From positions 744,001-808,000 of the forward strand of contig CP128818.1 in the NCBI GenBank assembly GCA_051546255.1: a stretch of 64,000 nucleotides of DNA, written 5' to 3'. Shown here piece after piece: positions 42,747 through 53,459 of the stretch (position 1 is its first letter; every line of letters starts with the position of its first letter). A program made the translations under genes and the position numbers. The DNA is from Meyerozyma guilliermondii. Its lineage: Eukaryota. The notes below the pieces were generated by a model that had not been told where the DNA came from, did not search any database, and was given only the letters and a program-made list of their open reading frames with translations.

Positions 42747-43784
42747 TTATGCACCCTGCTTTCTGGCTTTCACCATCCGCAAGATCTCTACAAGTTTAAC
42801 CGAGCCGGTTAACAATTCCTCTTTGAAATAGAAAAGGAATGCCGCAGTGGATATCGACTGCAACAATTTCACCGTCAACCCACCGTACAACCCATCAAGT
42901 CCTTCCTCGCGCACAATCTTGCGGATTTCCTGAATCATCGACAACTTGATTTCCGCTGGCGATTCATCCAATTTTTCCGAAAGTTTCTTCTTCTTGATGT
43001 GCATCCGCGACTTGAGCGTGATGTAAGGATACGTCAAAGCCGTGGCTATCAACTTGCCAAAAGCACCAATGAAGAACGCCTTGATCGACGTGAACGCAGC
43101 CTTGCCTCCATTGGCAATAATAACGTTTTTCACCTGCTCAAAAATCGTGTATTGAATGATGGGGTTGATCACCAACACCAACGCAGGAAGCACTCCCGCA
43201 AACAAAGTGGCAGGCCCGTCGGTCTCGATGATGTTCAAGAGCGTGCGGAACGTCGAGCTGGTGGCGTGGTCTTCGCCGTGTTCGTTGTCGTGTTTCTTAG
43301 CTGTCATCATTCTGGTATTGGCTACCCAGAACGGATTGGACCCCACACAAGTAACGGCACCGGCTATTGCTCCGGTGATAATCGACTGGAACGTCGAGAG
43401 CCCCTTTCCCCGGCGCGCCGTGGAGGCATTGGCCCTTAAAAACACGTTGGAAGTGAGTTCGTAGAAGTAATAATAGATAAAATTGGTGAGGGTTATACCG
43501 TACAAGGCACTCTCCAACCCAGAATAGAACCCCAAAATGCCCTTTTCACGGTGGATCTTGCGCGCTGCTTCCAAAGTGGACAGTTTTTGAAGTCTCTGGA
43601 CAACTCGGCAATGCCATTCTTTGGTTTCAACCGGTTTTTTTAAATCGATTTCCTTGTCCAGTTTTGACTTTTTTGTCGTTTGTGCCAAAGTAGACAACGT
43701 AACCAACGGATAAGTCACAATCATCGAGAGGGCACCGCCTCCAGCACCAGCTATAGCATGAGCAATCTCTTCCACGTCTGACAT
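42747..43784 (-). CDS. PMP47: Peroxisomal carrier, PMP47/SLC25A17 type
   Basis: AHAIAGAGGG..S..VTYPL, NFIYYYFYE, NPFWVANTRM, PALVLVINPIIQYTIFE; ATG 43784. Confidence 0.85.
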   Translation of the reverse strand: MSDVEEIAHAIAGAGGGALSMIVTYPLVTLSTLAQTTKKSKLDKEIDLKKPVETKEWHCRVVQRLQKLSTLEAARKIHREKGILGFYSGLESALYGITLTNFIYYYFYELTSNVFLRANASTARRGKGLSTFQSIITGAIAGAVTCVGSNPFWVANTRMMTAKKHDNEHGEDHATSSTFRTLLNIIETDGPATLFAGVLPALVLVINPIIQYTIFEQVKNVIIANGGKAAFTSIKAFFIGAFGKLIATALTYPYITLKSRMHIKKKKLSEKLDESPAEIKLSMIQEIRKIVREEGLDGLYGGLTVKLLQSISTAAFLFYFKEELLTGSVKLVEILRMVKARKQGA

Positions 43785-43939
43785 GTTTGTAGAGAATCTG
43801 TTCACATGAAATAAATGCGGGGGACCGCGGCTGTAGCGGGTGCACGGGTGTGACAATCAGCACCAATAGGCAGTCCACTGGATACAGTCCTGAGCAGTCC
43901 TGAATACAGTTCTGAATACTCCATTTAGCGCTTCTCATC

Positions 43940-44251
43940 ATGGAAACTCGCCGTGGTTTGCTCACCAAGCTTGCTCTTTTTTCGTCGGTTGCCGTAGGGA
44001 TTTTTGTGGTCGGCAAGAAACACATCGCTCACTATAAGGACCAACGTCACCGGAATGAAACAGATGCTCGAATTGACTCTTCCGAAAACGAATTCCGGGC
44101 TGCTCCGTTGAAACCGGGATTTCCCACTGCTGAGAATCTGGAGTACCAACGAGAGTCCAAATACGTAGGTGCTGGTAATGCTTATGCGAGTCGCAAGCCG
44201 GGCGACCGCTTCAGTTTCACCCTTTCCAGTTTATTTGAGGGAAAAAAGTAG
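43940..44251 (+). CDS. Hypothetical 103-aa protein with an N-terminal hydrophobic anchor
   Basis: ATG in good context; one TM-like segment (LALFSSVAVGIFVVG); fills the gap between PMP47 and AFI1. Confidence 0.65.
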   Translation: METRRGLLTKLALFSSVAVGIFVVGKKHIAHYKDQRHRNETDARIDSSENEFRAAPLKPGFPTAENLEYQRESKYVGAGNAYASRKPGDRFSFTLSSLFEGKK

Positions 44252-44342
44252 CATGTAAATAGATGATGAACCTGAATGAAAAACTGCCCGCAGTACCTTC
44301 GATATCCTTTACTTTTGATTGTCGTGACTTCTTCCCTTTCTT

Positions 44343-46226
44343 TTACTTTTCCTGCAACTCGCGGAGCGCTATCTCGTAGATCAAATTACCCTTGAGAAAC
44401 TTGTCGAGACACCACCCACACAAATGGTTGTCCTGCAATTCCTGGAGAATCATGAGGATGTTCGACTTGACTTGATCGTCACTATTGAACAAGTTGATCA
44501 ACAAGATCTCAATGCCTTTGTTTTTGTCAAAAATGGTGAGACTACCTCCGTGCATCGAAGACGACTGTAAGCTGGTGGAAGAGCTGGGAGGAATCAAGTA
44601 GGTGATGAGAAGAAATACCTCGAGTGATTTGCCAGAAATTAAAAATTTGAGAAGATTAAACCATACTTCTCTCTCATTTTTGCGGTCTGAGAGCACATTG
44701 ATGCTTTGAAGATGGTACTGAAGGTCTATCATCAAGTTCAATTCATTGGCAAGGTTGGGAAGAAGTAAGGTGTACTCGAAAACTCCCTCGTACAAAAGTG
44801 TTTGGAACTTTGCCAGAACCACTTGATAACAAGAAAGCTCCACGAGTTTATTGGCGTCGCTTCCCCAGCAGTAACCAATACCATCCATGAGTAATATCAA
44901 TTCTTTGTTGGTAGGAAGCATGCTGGTGTTGAAATTTTTCAGCAGCAACATTATTCTGATTATTTCATTAATATGGCGACGAAAGATCAATTGTATAGTT
45001 GTCAAATCGTCGTTATAATTGAACAATGACAACTGGAGATTGGAAAGAAACTTGGCGTCTTCAGAAATGATCGAGTTTTTGAGCTGCGACTCACCGGAAG
45101 CAGACGACGTTTGGGTTGATAAATGAAACTCATTTGCATCCAAATCATACAAGACGTCCCAAAGCTTGTCGTTGTTCTTGAAAAACGGGTTAATTGTGCC
45201 GGCAAGATACGAATCACACTTTTCCAAGAGGTCAATTTTGGAAACATCGATCATGGGAAATATATTGTAATTGCTGAAAAAGCCAGTCAAAATTCCTCCA
45301 CCAGTAATGAGTTTCAACGCTAGGAGAATCGAGTCAATAATGTAGCCCGAAGAGTTCTCGTAGCTCAAGAAAATCACTCTTTTTCCCGTCAAAAGTGCGT
45401 TGATCAAGACAATAATTGGCGGTGTTTGAAGGCCGTAGATGGTGAGTTCGTTGTTGTACAATTCGGTCACCAAGCGAGCCGTGAGCAAGTGGATCAAGTT
45501 GGGCTTAAAGTTGAGGTTGGTGGGGTTGAGATAGTCTCCTATGGTGTCAGGAAGTTCCACCATGGGCACTCTAATGGGGATATTCATGGCATTGAATTTG
45601 ACAATGGAATTGTAGCTCAAATCTTTGCGAATGAACAAGTCGTCATTGATTGCCTCGCGGGTCCCGAGAAGACGATTTCGAAACGCTTCATCTGAGTATA
45701 TCTTGTCGTTGATAGGAAGGTCCAAAATGGAGGTTATAAGCAAGCGTTTGATGAGAGACATTGACTTGTTAGAAACGAGTGTGAAGTTTTTGATGTTAAC
45801 GGCATTGTAGAGGTCCGCTAGACACTTGTAGTTGTTGGTTTTGAAGTAGATATCCAAGCATATCATGAGCAATGGTTTGAAATTCTTGAAAAACGTGAGT
45901 TTGGTGATGATGGAAATCGACTTGATGATAGAACCTCTTCGAGTCTGGTCATCACTAACATTGTTGACGATGGTATAGAGGTAGTACGGCTCTGGCTCAC
46001 ACACGGCACGGTCATTGAGGTACTGGAACTCTCCTGTGGATGTATTTCTGTGGAGTAAAAATAGAGTATAATCTTCCAGCCGTTTGTGAATTTGATCAGG
46101 AAGCATTAATTCTGGTAAAAATGCCAAGTTGTCAATTCCAGGAAGCGGGCTGGGGTGCTGGTACACCAAGGTGGGGCCCTTATCCACATGGAACTCGGCA
46201 GTAAGCAAATATTCGATGTTGGGCAT
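44343..46226 (-). CDS. AFI1: Arf3-interacting protein Afi1 (DENN-like/SPA domain)
   Basis: IEYLLTAEFHVDKGP, ELMLPDQIH, RRGSIIKS, PIIVLINALLTGKRVIF, AGTINPFF..WDVLYD; ATG 46226. Confidence 0.88.
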   Translation of the reverse strand: MPNIEYLLTAEFHVDKGPTLVYQHPSPLPGIDNLAFLPELMLPDQIHKRLEDYTLFLLHRNTSTGEFQYLNDRAVCEPEPYYLYTIVNNVSDDQTRRGSIIKSISIITKLTFFKNFKPLLMICLDIYFKTNNYKCLADLYNAVNIKNFTLVSNKSMSLIKRLLITSILDLPINDKIYSDEAFRNRLLGTREAINDDLFIRKDLSYNSIVKFNAMNIPIRVPMVELPDTIGDYLNPTNLNFKPNLIHLLTARLVTELYNNELTIYGLQTPPIIVLINALLTGKRVIFLSYENSSGYIIDSILLALKLITGGGILTGFFSNYNIFPMIDVSKIDLLEKCDSYLAGTINPFFKNNDKLWDVLYDLDANEFHLSTQTSSASGESQLKNSIISEDAKFLSNLQLSLFNYNDDLTTIQLIFRRHINEIIRIMLLLKNFNTSMLPTNKELILLMDGIGYCWGSDANKLVELSCYQVVLAKFQTLLYEGVFEYTLLLPNLANELNLMIDLQYHLQSINVLSDRKNEREVWFNLLKFLISGKSLEVFLLITYLIPPSSSTSLQSSSMHGGSLTIFDKNKGIEILLINLFNSDDQVKSNILMILQELQDNHLCGWCLDKFLKGNLIYEIALRELQEK

Positions 46227-46390
46227 AAAGAAAGTGTGCGTTTCAGTGCGCGAAATGCTGGTTGTGAATCTGTTGAATATCGCTAATTTCATCGCTAATT
46301 TCTCCGCGAACGGCTGCGATGGCTGCGAAACGGCTACAAATTTAGTAGGTGCTACAAAGTTGATTTCTGCTACAAAATCTCAGAGTGTAC

Positions 46391-47713
46391 TTAATTGTTG
46401 AAATACTCCAGCATTTCCCTGTCCAATTCCTCAACGGTCTTTTTGACCTTCTTGGGCTTTTGTGCCTTTTTGGGCTTATCGGCCTTCTTTTTGGTGTCGT
46501 TCTTGGTCTTGACACCTTGTCTGGCCTTAGCGGCTTGCACTCTAGCCTTGAGTGCCTGAGCCTTAGACTTGGCAACCGGCTGGGCCACCGTATTGGGCGC
46601 AATTCTCGACGTCAATGGCTTTTTGGTGGGGTCAATGATCAACTCGAGTTTCAATTTGGACGAGCCTCCGTCGATGGGGGCACCATTATACTTCTCAACA
46701 GCCAAGGAAGCCGAGTTGTTGTTTTTGAAGATAACAGTGGCAATGCCCTTGAATTGACCACGTTCGTTGTAACTCAAAGCAATGTTGCCGACACCTCCGA
46801 CTTGCGACTGGAAAAAATCCTGGGTTAGTAAGAAATAGTGGAAAGAATGTACTCTTGGTGACGAAGTGCTAGCCAGCTAGCAGGATGATCGAGTGGGACT
46901 GGCCGTTTTGAGTGAAGCGAGAAGTGAAGAGTGAGAAGTACGGCAAGTACCAGTCGCAGTGACAAAGTTAGAAGGACAAGTACCAAGTAACAAGTAACAC
47001 AGACAAGTAACACACACAAGTAACAAGCCAAGTAGCAATTACCACAAAGTACCACAAGCAACGTGAATAGTGTCGGTAACAAGGACTGATGAATTCATCA
47101 TAGTTAAGCCAATAGAAGCCACGGAACTCGAGCTCTAACCTTGATTGCTGTCACTAATTCCACTCCTGGCACTTGCTGGTCCTCTTCTAATCTGATTCTG
47201 AGTATCAGAACCGAATCTCACACAAAGTTATTCACACACATCGTCATAGCAGACCATGAAAGTCATACAAAGGATCCGATGCACACTGTGTTCTGAAACT
47301 GGTGTTCTGAACTGCTGTTGAGTACACTTTGTGGCTCCGACACTATTGTTCTGATACTGCTTTCTGATACGGTTATTCTGATACTCCTGTTTTGACAGCT
47401 GCTCTGCTTCTTTCGATTATCCTCTTCGTCGAGTACAGACGCTAACGTCTCGTGCTCAAGCACATACCTTGATCGCATCGGCGCGAATATCCTTGGGTAA
47501 ACCGGAAACAACCACCTTGGTGGCGTAACTCAAATCCACCAGGGCGGTTTTTGGAACAGGGGTGGATTTCTTGAAAGAGACGATTGGTTTTTTGGAAGCC
47601 GAACCGACACTTTTACCAGTTTTGGCCACCTTTCCAACCCTAGTGGCTCTTCTGGACTTGATGGACTTTCTAGAAGACGAGATTATATCGTCGAGAGACT
47701 TATCGAGAGACAT
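46391..47713 (-). CDS. YRA1: mRNA export adaptor Yra1, 2 exons (47713-47468, 46819-46391), 224 aa
   Basis: N-box LDKSLDDII; RRM joined across the intron (GLPKDIRADAIK|DFFQSQVGGV..LSYNERGQ); C-box KKTVEELDREM.EYF. Confidence 0.95.
46820..47467 (-). other. YRA1 intron (648 nt)
   Basis: Minus-strand GTATGT donor (47467-47462); TACTAAC-CCAG acceptor ending at 46820. Confidence 0.92.
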
Positions 47714-47964
47714 GGTAAGGATGAGGAAAAAGCTGGTTGAGACGGCGAGGTATGCGCGCGGACTGAAAATTACTGAGCGCGACCAGCGACCAGCGACCTG
47801 CGAAGCAGGGAGCTGCGAAATCACGAAAAAGCTGAAGTTGCGAAATGGCTGCGAAATGAGACAATGAACCTACTTGCTAGTAAACTGAATTACTGGTACT
47901 ACTACTCGGTACTGCTGCACTGCAGTACCTCAATTAATTATACAAGAAATGAATCACGCCAGCG

Positions 47965-49218
47965 TTAATCCACCCATTCTTTCTTCACCGTAACTTCAAT
48001 CTGGTTGATGGCAGCCTTACACTTGCCTGCTTCAACATGGTCCTTGAGCCACTCCTTATTATCCGAAAACTGTTGGAAACATCCAGCACAACGACCACCA
48101 CGTGTGCGTCGTTCCAGCGACTTTGTTCCGGGAGGATAGATGAAATGAATGGCTTTAAGATGGGTCTTGAAAGTGTCTCTGCGGGAAAATCCGCCGTTCG
48201 GGTGGCATTTGACTCCGCTGTCGTCGGCAGGGTGGTCTTGGTAGAAGGGACATACAAATGCTTTGGCTACATTATGCTTTTTTGTATGTCTTGTCAAATA
48301 ACCTTTGACCTTGAATGAGGCATCACAATGCTCACATTGGTACATGGCTTGGTCCTCGTGTTTGACCTTCTTGGTACGTTTGGCAGAGCCTTCTGTTTGG
48401 GTTCTGTGGTTTGGTTGGTTGATTTTTTGCGGAACATAAGCCATTTCCGGTTGGTTCTTAACAAGAATTTGGTTGAACAAAACGTCCACCTCGTCGAACG
48501 AGGGTACCGACATCAGCACCGACGACTGGGGCAGTTCCTGGTACTTTCTCTTGCGGTCCACCGGGGCAGAAAACGACCCGGTAACACTATCGTAGGATTC
48601 GGGCGATGAGCCTACCCGGCGAAAAAATTCGTCGTCAAGTGGACTCACATAGCTTTCGGCCGACGACCCGTACACCGAGTCGTCAACGGTTTCCGAGTGG
48701 TGGGGAGCAAAGTCGTCAAAGTAGCCGGCCATAGGCGGGTCAAACGTCTCGACATCGTAGCCAAACCGGTTCAAGCCGAAGCCGACCGAGGCGTGGTTAA
48801 CACCGGTCGTGGTGGCGCTGTTTGCGTTTGCATTTGCGCCGTTCGGGTTTGCGCCATTTGGTACGGTGGGGTGCCACAGTTTGCCCAAGTAGCCAAAATG
48901 GTCGTGGAGCTGGAGCAGGGCATCGAAAGAATGGCTGTTTTTCACCGGTAATTGCGCGGCGCCAGGAACTCCCGAAGGTCTTCGGAACGCCGCGGAGGTG
49001 AACTCGATCTGGTCATTACCAAAGGTTAGTTCGAGGTCGTCGGCAGCACAGTTGACGGGACCGGAAAACCGGTTGTTGAGGTTGAGGAACTTGATGGAAC
49101 CGAGTGGAGGAAAGAGGGTTCTGGACATGTACACAAGTTTGTGCAACGCCAGAAACACCCCTGACGACAGATCGACGACGGATTTGGAGGGCGAATCGTA
49201 GAGGCCTATTAGGAACAT
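47965..49218 (-). CDS. Stp1/Stp2-family C2H2 transcription factor (SPS amino-acid sensing)
   Basis: CEHCDASFKVKGYLTRH, CHPNGGFSRRDTFKTHLKAIHFIYPPG, GRCAGC..W...HVEAGKC; N-terminal LFP motif. Confidence 0.85.
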   Translation of the reverse strand: MFLIGLYDSPSKSVVDLSSGVFLALHKLVYMSRTLFPPLGSIKFLNLNNRFSGPVNCAADDLELTFGNDQIEFTSAAFRRPSGVPGAAQLPVKNSHSFDALLQLHDHFGYLGKLWHPTVPNGANPNGANANANSATTTGVNHASVGFGLNRFGYDVETFDPPMAGYFDDFAPHHSETVDDSVYGSSAESYVSPLDDEFFRRVGSSPESYDSVTGSFSAPVDRKRKYQELPQSSVLMSVPSFDEVDVLFNQILVKNQPEMAYVPQKINQPNHRTQTEGSAKRTKKVKHEDQAMYQCEHCDASFKVKGYLTRHTKKHNVAKAFVCPFYQDHPADDSGVKCHPNGGFSRRDTFKTHLKAIHFIYPPGTKSLERRTRGGRCAGCFQQFSDNKEWLKDHVEAGKCKAAINQIEVTVKKEWVD

Positions 49219-50501
49219 GATAACATTTAGTGAGACTCAGTAGTGGACTGTTGTTGTAGTGAAGACTGTATTCAGTAGTGAACTGTTATTGTCAAGTAGT
49301 TTAGTCTTGTTAAAGTTCGTTTGTTGTGTCCTTAAATTAAGTTGAAGTTGACGTAAATCCCTTGGCAGCCTCATGCAGAATATATATCAAGGTCACTTTC
49401 CGTTTTCCGCCAATCACACGCATAGAAGATAGCGAGGTGCGCCTCACCGGCACGTCCCCCGCAGCCGAGTCGCACGGCATTTTTCATCCCGCGCCGAAAC
49501 CGCCGGATTGGGAAAACTGGCGTGCCACAATTTTTGGGTAAAGTCGGCAATCTGGGCTCCAGATTTGGCACAGAGGCTCTACATACTGTTATTAAGGTGG
49601 AGCCGCAGTTTGGTGTTCTGGCAATCTTTGGATCTCCAAATACTTCATTGGCTTGTCTCCTTATCTATCTGTCATTTCGCACGGCCCCGTCAAATGATAC
49701 GTCATGCATGCCATCCAGACACCAGTACTCCCGGCCCAAAATAGCATTTGGGACAGATAACGAAACAAGGTTTGGACCTGCGGAACCCGGTGCAGCACCA
49801 GCGGAGCTCGGTGCAGACAGCGCAGAGATGCAAAAGGGTGCAGAAGGGTGCATGACATCATTGGAGAGAAATAAAATGAAAGACAAATCGGAAGTGGGGA
49901 GTGCTGATTGCTTAAAGGTGGTCTGCTTGAGTTCAATACTTTAGCCCAACCTTATTTTTTGCAGCCATTGACCCCATCAGCGACGAAAAATATCTTGTTA
50001 TCGTGCTCCCCGAATCAATCATAGTTCACCTTTCTCCTCCACCGTTAACAAGCCACACTCGGCATAGGACGGCTTGCCGCGGCCACCGGTGCACCGCTCG
50101 GTAATGACTTTCCCCATCCGTCATTAAGCCTGTGTGCAGTTTCGGATGCACACTTGCCAAAAAAAAGTAAATACCAAAATTCCACTTGAGAACTTGCGTG
50201 CTGTCTGCAGGCCCCTTTATTGTCTGCAGGGCGAGACGAATGCGAAAACAAATATCAAACTTCCTGATTCATCCTGCCGCTGATCCAAGTTTTCAAGGTC
50301 TGTGCGTAGCTCCAATCGGTACAGAGTGGACGCTAATACGCCCTGAGTCCACACACATAAAAAATCGTCGATAATCATTTAATAATTCGTCGTTTTTCTT
50401 CGCCATCGTTTCCTCCTTTCGCCAATTTTTGTCCTTCATTTTTAATTTTGACATCGTTTTTTGACCGTTTCCTTCATTTTCGCTAACTTTCCCCATTTAT
50501 C

Positions 50502-51953
50502 ATGCCGTCGGAAAAATACCAGACTGACAATCCAAACTCTCACTACCTAGCCAACATCAACACCCTCAATGGCACCAACCAGGCAATTTCATTAAACCGA
50601 CTTCCAACTCTTGGAGAAATTCTTGCCAATCGTACAAAGACTCCAGTGGACCTTTTCACGTTTTACCTTTTCATGCGAGATGTGGAGTATAAAGTGGATT
50701 ATCTCGACTTTTGGTTCGATTTAGTCAACCATCTCAATCTCTGTAAACACTACGTTAAGGGACTTCGTGATAGCATTGTCCGTCATTCGTACCCAGATCA
50801 AAGAAACTCCATCCCCATCCTGGAAAAATCAAAGCACAAATCGCTTTCGTCATCGATACTTCTTGACCTCATCATCAACGACCATATATTGGAAGATAAT
50901 GATTCCAACAGACTCTCTCAATTTTTACGAGGCGATATCAACATCGACAATCTCGATCCAAAACTCCAGGACTTGATCAACCAGTATAATCGGGAGGAAG
51001 GCGGTTCAGAATCCGGCGTAAGAACCAGTAACGCATACAGTGAAAAGGAAAAACCGTCTAATTATGCCAACAGAAGTCTTCATGACTTGACTCCACCCAC
51101 GCCGCTGCAACCCAGTTTCTACGAGTATGGTAAAAATCCCAACCATCAGAAACGAATTTCGTCCAATTCCAAATTGTTGGACGATGTTAGTTTCAGCGAC
51201 TCGATTGTAGAAGCTCAAGAAATCAACCACAGAGACACTTTTGGCCTGAAACCTCGCTACGTTCCACTCGAGCAACCACAACGAATCTCGTCGATCAATC
51301 CGCTGTTGTTGGAACGCCTTATCAAACATTCGCCAGGCGGATCTGAAACAAATTCTTTTATCACCAGAGACAACCTTAAAGAGTCTACCCACTCTCTCCT
51401 ACTCAAGTACTTTGTTGAGGACTCTGAAAAGAACCTTAATTTACCCCCATCGCTCAACCAAAAGATTATACGTGCCATTGAGGTGGAAGGCAGAGACGAC
51501 CCTGACATTTTCAACGAGGTAAAAGCATACGTCTTCAATCGCATTGAAAGCGAGCATCTTCCTCGCTTCCTCAACTACATGGCCATTCGGAACGTCAACA
51601 CCTCATTTATCACAAGAGTAATTCTAGGGTTCTTCATGCTACTCATTGGGTTCTGGGTGGGGTTCATATTCATCTTCTTGAACTACCGTAAATCCTTAAG
51701 GCCGGTAGTTTTGGTACCGTTCTTGATTGGTTTCTACTGTTTGGTGCTGCTGGTTTATTTAATTGACCCAATTTTGGTGTGGTTTGGATTATCGGAATCG
51801 TTTAGCAGCAAGCAAAGTTACTTTATACGAATCCGTGAAAACTTTATACGTCGGTTGCTCGTCAAAAGAAGCGCATGGGTGATGTTTTTGGTGTTGTTAT
51901 TGACGGCGATATTTACGATCATTTTCAGTTTGGTGCCAGGAAAGAGGTTATGA
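50502..51953 (+). CDS. RAX1: Bud-site selection protein Rax1 (RGS domain + 3 TM)
   Basis: LPTLGEILANRTKTPVDLFTFYLFM..DYLDFWFD, EGRDDPDIF, three C-terminal TM helices ending VPGKRL. Confidence 0.93.
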   Translation: MPSEKYQTDNPNSHYLANINTLNGTNQAISLNRLPTLGEILANRTKTPVDLFTFYLFMRDVEYKVDYLDFWFDLVNHLNLCKHYVKGLRDSIVRHSYPDQRNSIPILEKSKHKSLSSSILLDLIINDHILEDNDSNRLSQFLRGDINIDNLDPKLQDLINQYNREEGGSESGVRTSNAYSEKEKPSNYANRSLHDLTPPTPLQPSFYEYGKNPNHQKRISSNSKLLDDVSFSDSIVEAQEINHRDTFGLKPRYVPLEQPQRISSINPLLLERLIKHSPGGSETNSFITRDNLKESTHSLLLKYFVEDSEKNLNLPPSLNQKIIRAIEVEGRDDPDIFNEVKAYVFNRIESEHLPRFLNYMAIRNVNTSFITRVILGFFMLLIGFWVGFIFIFLNYRKSLRPVVLVPFLIGFYCLVLLVYLIDPILVWFGLSESFSSKQSYFIRIRENFIRRLLVKRSAWVMFLVLLLTAIFTIIFSLVPGKRL

Positions 51954-52302
51954 GAAGAAAGAAAGAAGAGAGAAAGTAGAGAGAAATATAAGAAAGTGAG
52001 AAAGTTATAACTAGACTATTGTAATTGAGTGGTCAATTGAACATATAGTAATTGAGTGTAATGAGTCAATTGATCGTGTAGTGTCAGTGAGCAGTTCAGA
52101 ATTATGAGAAATTATGAGTAATGCTAAGCTCTCTTCTTCCGCTTTTGGATTCGCATCTCTATTTTCCTGCGCCTAATCCGTCAGTATTGATTAAAAAGGC
52201 CGCGAAAAATCAATAGCAAGCACCAGAAAACCTTCAAGTTCCACTAATCCCTCTATTTTTTCTACATCTCCTCTCAGTACATGATATTACTAGACTGATA
52301 AA

Positions 52303-52918
52303 CTAAGCCTGGTTCAAGAAAGCCTCTCTCTTCTCAGCAACTCTCTGTTGTCTTCTCTCACGAGCAGCTCTGTTTCTGACTCTTCTGGCCTCGGCCTCGT
52401 CCTTCAAAGCCTTCTCACGCAAAGCCTCAGCCTTGGCGGTGATGATGTGCTCGACTAATGATCTCTTGTGCTTGAAAGTGTTACCCTTGGCAGACTTGTA
52501 CAAGGTGTGGTACAAGTGCTTGTCAATCTTACCAGCATCTCTGTACTTGGCCAACAATCTTCTCAACACTCTCAATCTTCTCATCCACACAACTTGAGAA
52601 GACATACGGGCATCCTTGGTACCCTTTCTCTTACCGTAACCGGTGTGTCTACCAGCTCTCTTGGATTCAGCCAAAGCTCTAGCTCTGGATCTGGAGTGGA
52701 TCACATTAGGCTTCTTCACAATAGTACCATTTCTGTATAATTTTCTGATGGCTTGACGTGAGTTGGCGTTGGCAATTTCGTTGGTCTCATTTGGATCCAT
52801 CCAAATCTTTCTCTTACCAACACCCACAACACTGGCAGCAAGTCTTTTCTGAGTTCTAAGATTAGCCCTGGATGTTAGTACGTAGCCCCAAACATATTCA
52901 TTGGAAATTCACTTACAT
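52303..52918 (-). CDS. RPL19: 60S ribosomal protein L19 (eL19), 2 exons (52918-52917, 52867-52303)
   Basis: Start codon is split AT|G by the intron; [28 protein letters not shown]...GYGKRKGT. Confidence 0.97.
52868..52916 (-). other. RPL19 intron (49 nt)
   Basis: GTAAGT...TACTAAC-ATCCAG on the minus strand. Confidence 0.92.
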
Positions 52919-53108
52919 TATTGATGTTCAAAAAGTAGCGCACAAGAGAACCTCCCTGAGTAAAGAAAAATTTGTCACCGGTCGTCTGCGGCACAACAGG
53001 GCGCGGCCCTGTCCACGGTCACGTGTGTGTGTTAGGCAGTGTATGCAGTATGGTGTGCGGGTGGCATCGGTTTATCGGTGGGGCATCGCATCCTTTTATC
53101 TCATCGCC

Positions 53109-53387
53109 ATGGCTAAGAGTCTCAGATCCAAGTCCAAGTTGCGGGCCAAGTCCGTCAAGCGGAAAGGGGAGTTTGCCAAGCACGTGGATGCAAGGAATGA
53201 GCGTTTGGCTGCAAAACTCAAGGAAAAGACTGAAACCCAAACTGAAAAATCAGATAAAAATGAAACCGATAAATTAAAATTGGAACCAAAATTGGAAAAG
53301 ATAAGCACCTCTGGTTGGAGAGACTCGCGCAAACTGCAGTACAAGCAGCGCCAGTTGAAAAAGAAGAAGAACGTTACGAAATTTTAG
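53109..53387 (+). CDS. YBL028C-like (DUF2423) small basic nucleolar/ribosome-biogenesis protein
   Basis: MAKSLRSKSKLRAKSVKR..F...DAR..RLA.KL...KISTSGWR; PAC element CTCATCGC at 53100-53107; divergent from RPL19. Confidence 0.88.
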   Translation: MAKSLRSKSKLRAKSVKRKGEFAKHVDARNERLAAKLKEKTETQTEKSDKNETDKLKLEPKLEKISTSGWRDSRKLQYKQRQLKKKKNVTKF

Positions 53388-53459
53388 TCTCTGGTGCACC
53401 CAGTGCACCAGGTATAAGGTCTTACCAATATCTTACCAGTTTCACTACTATTATTCAAT

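Noticed and set aside
47087..47100. ATGATGA box C-like motif in the YRA1 intron (possible intronic snoRNA)
   Set aside because: No downstream CTGA box D or terminal stem seen on the transcript strand
49371..50496. Short ORFs (62-140 aa) between the STP-family gene and RAX1
   Set aside because: No motifs or coding-like bias; best explained as a divergent promoter region
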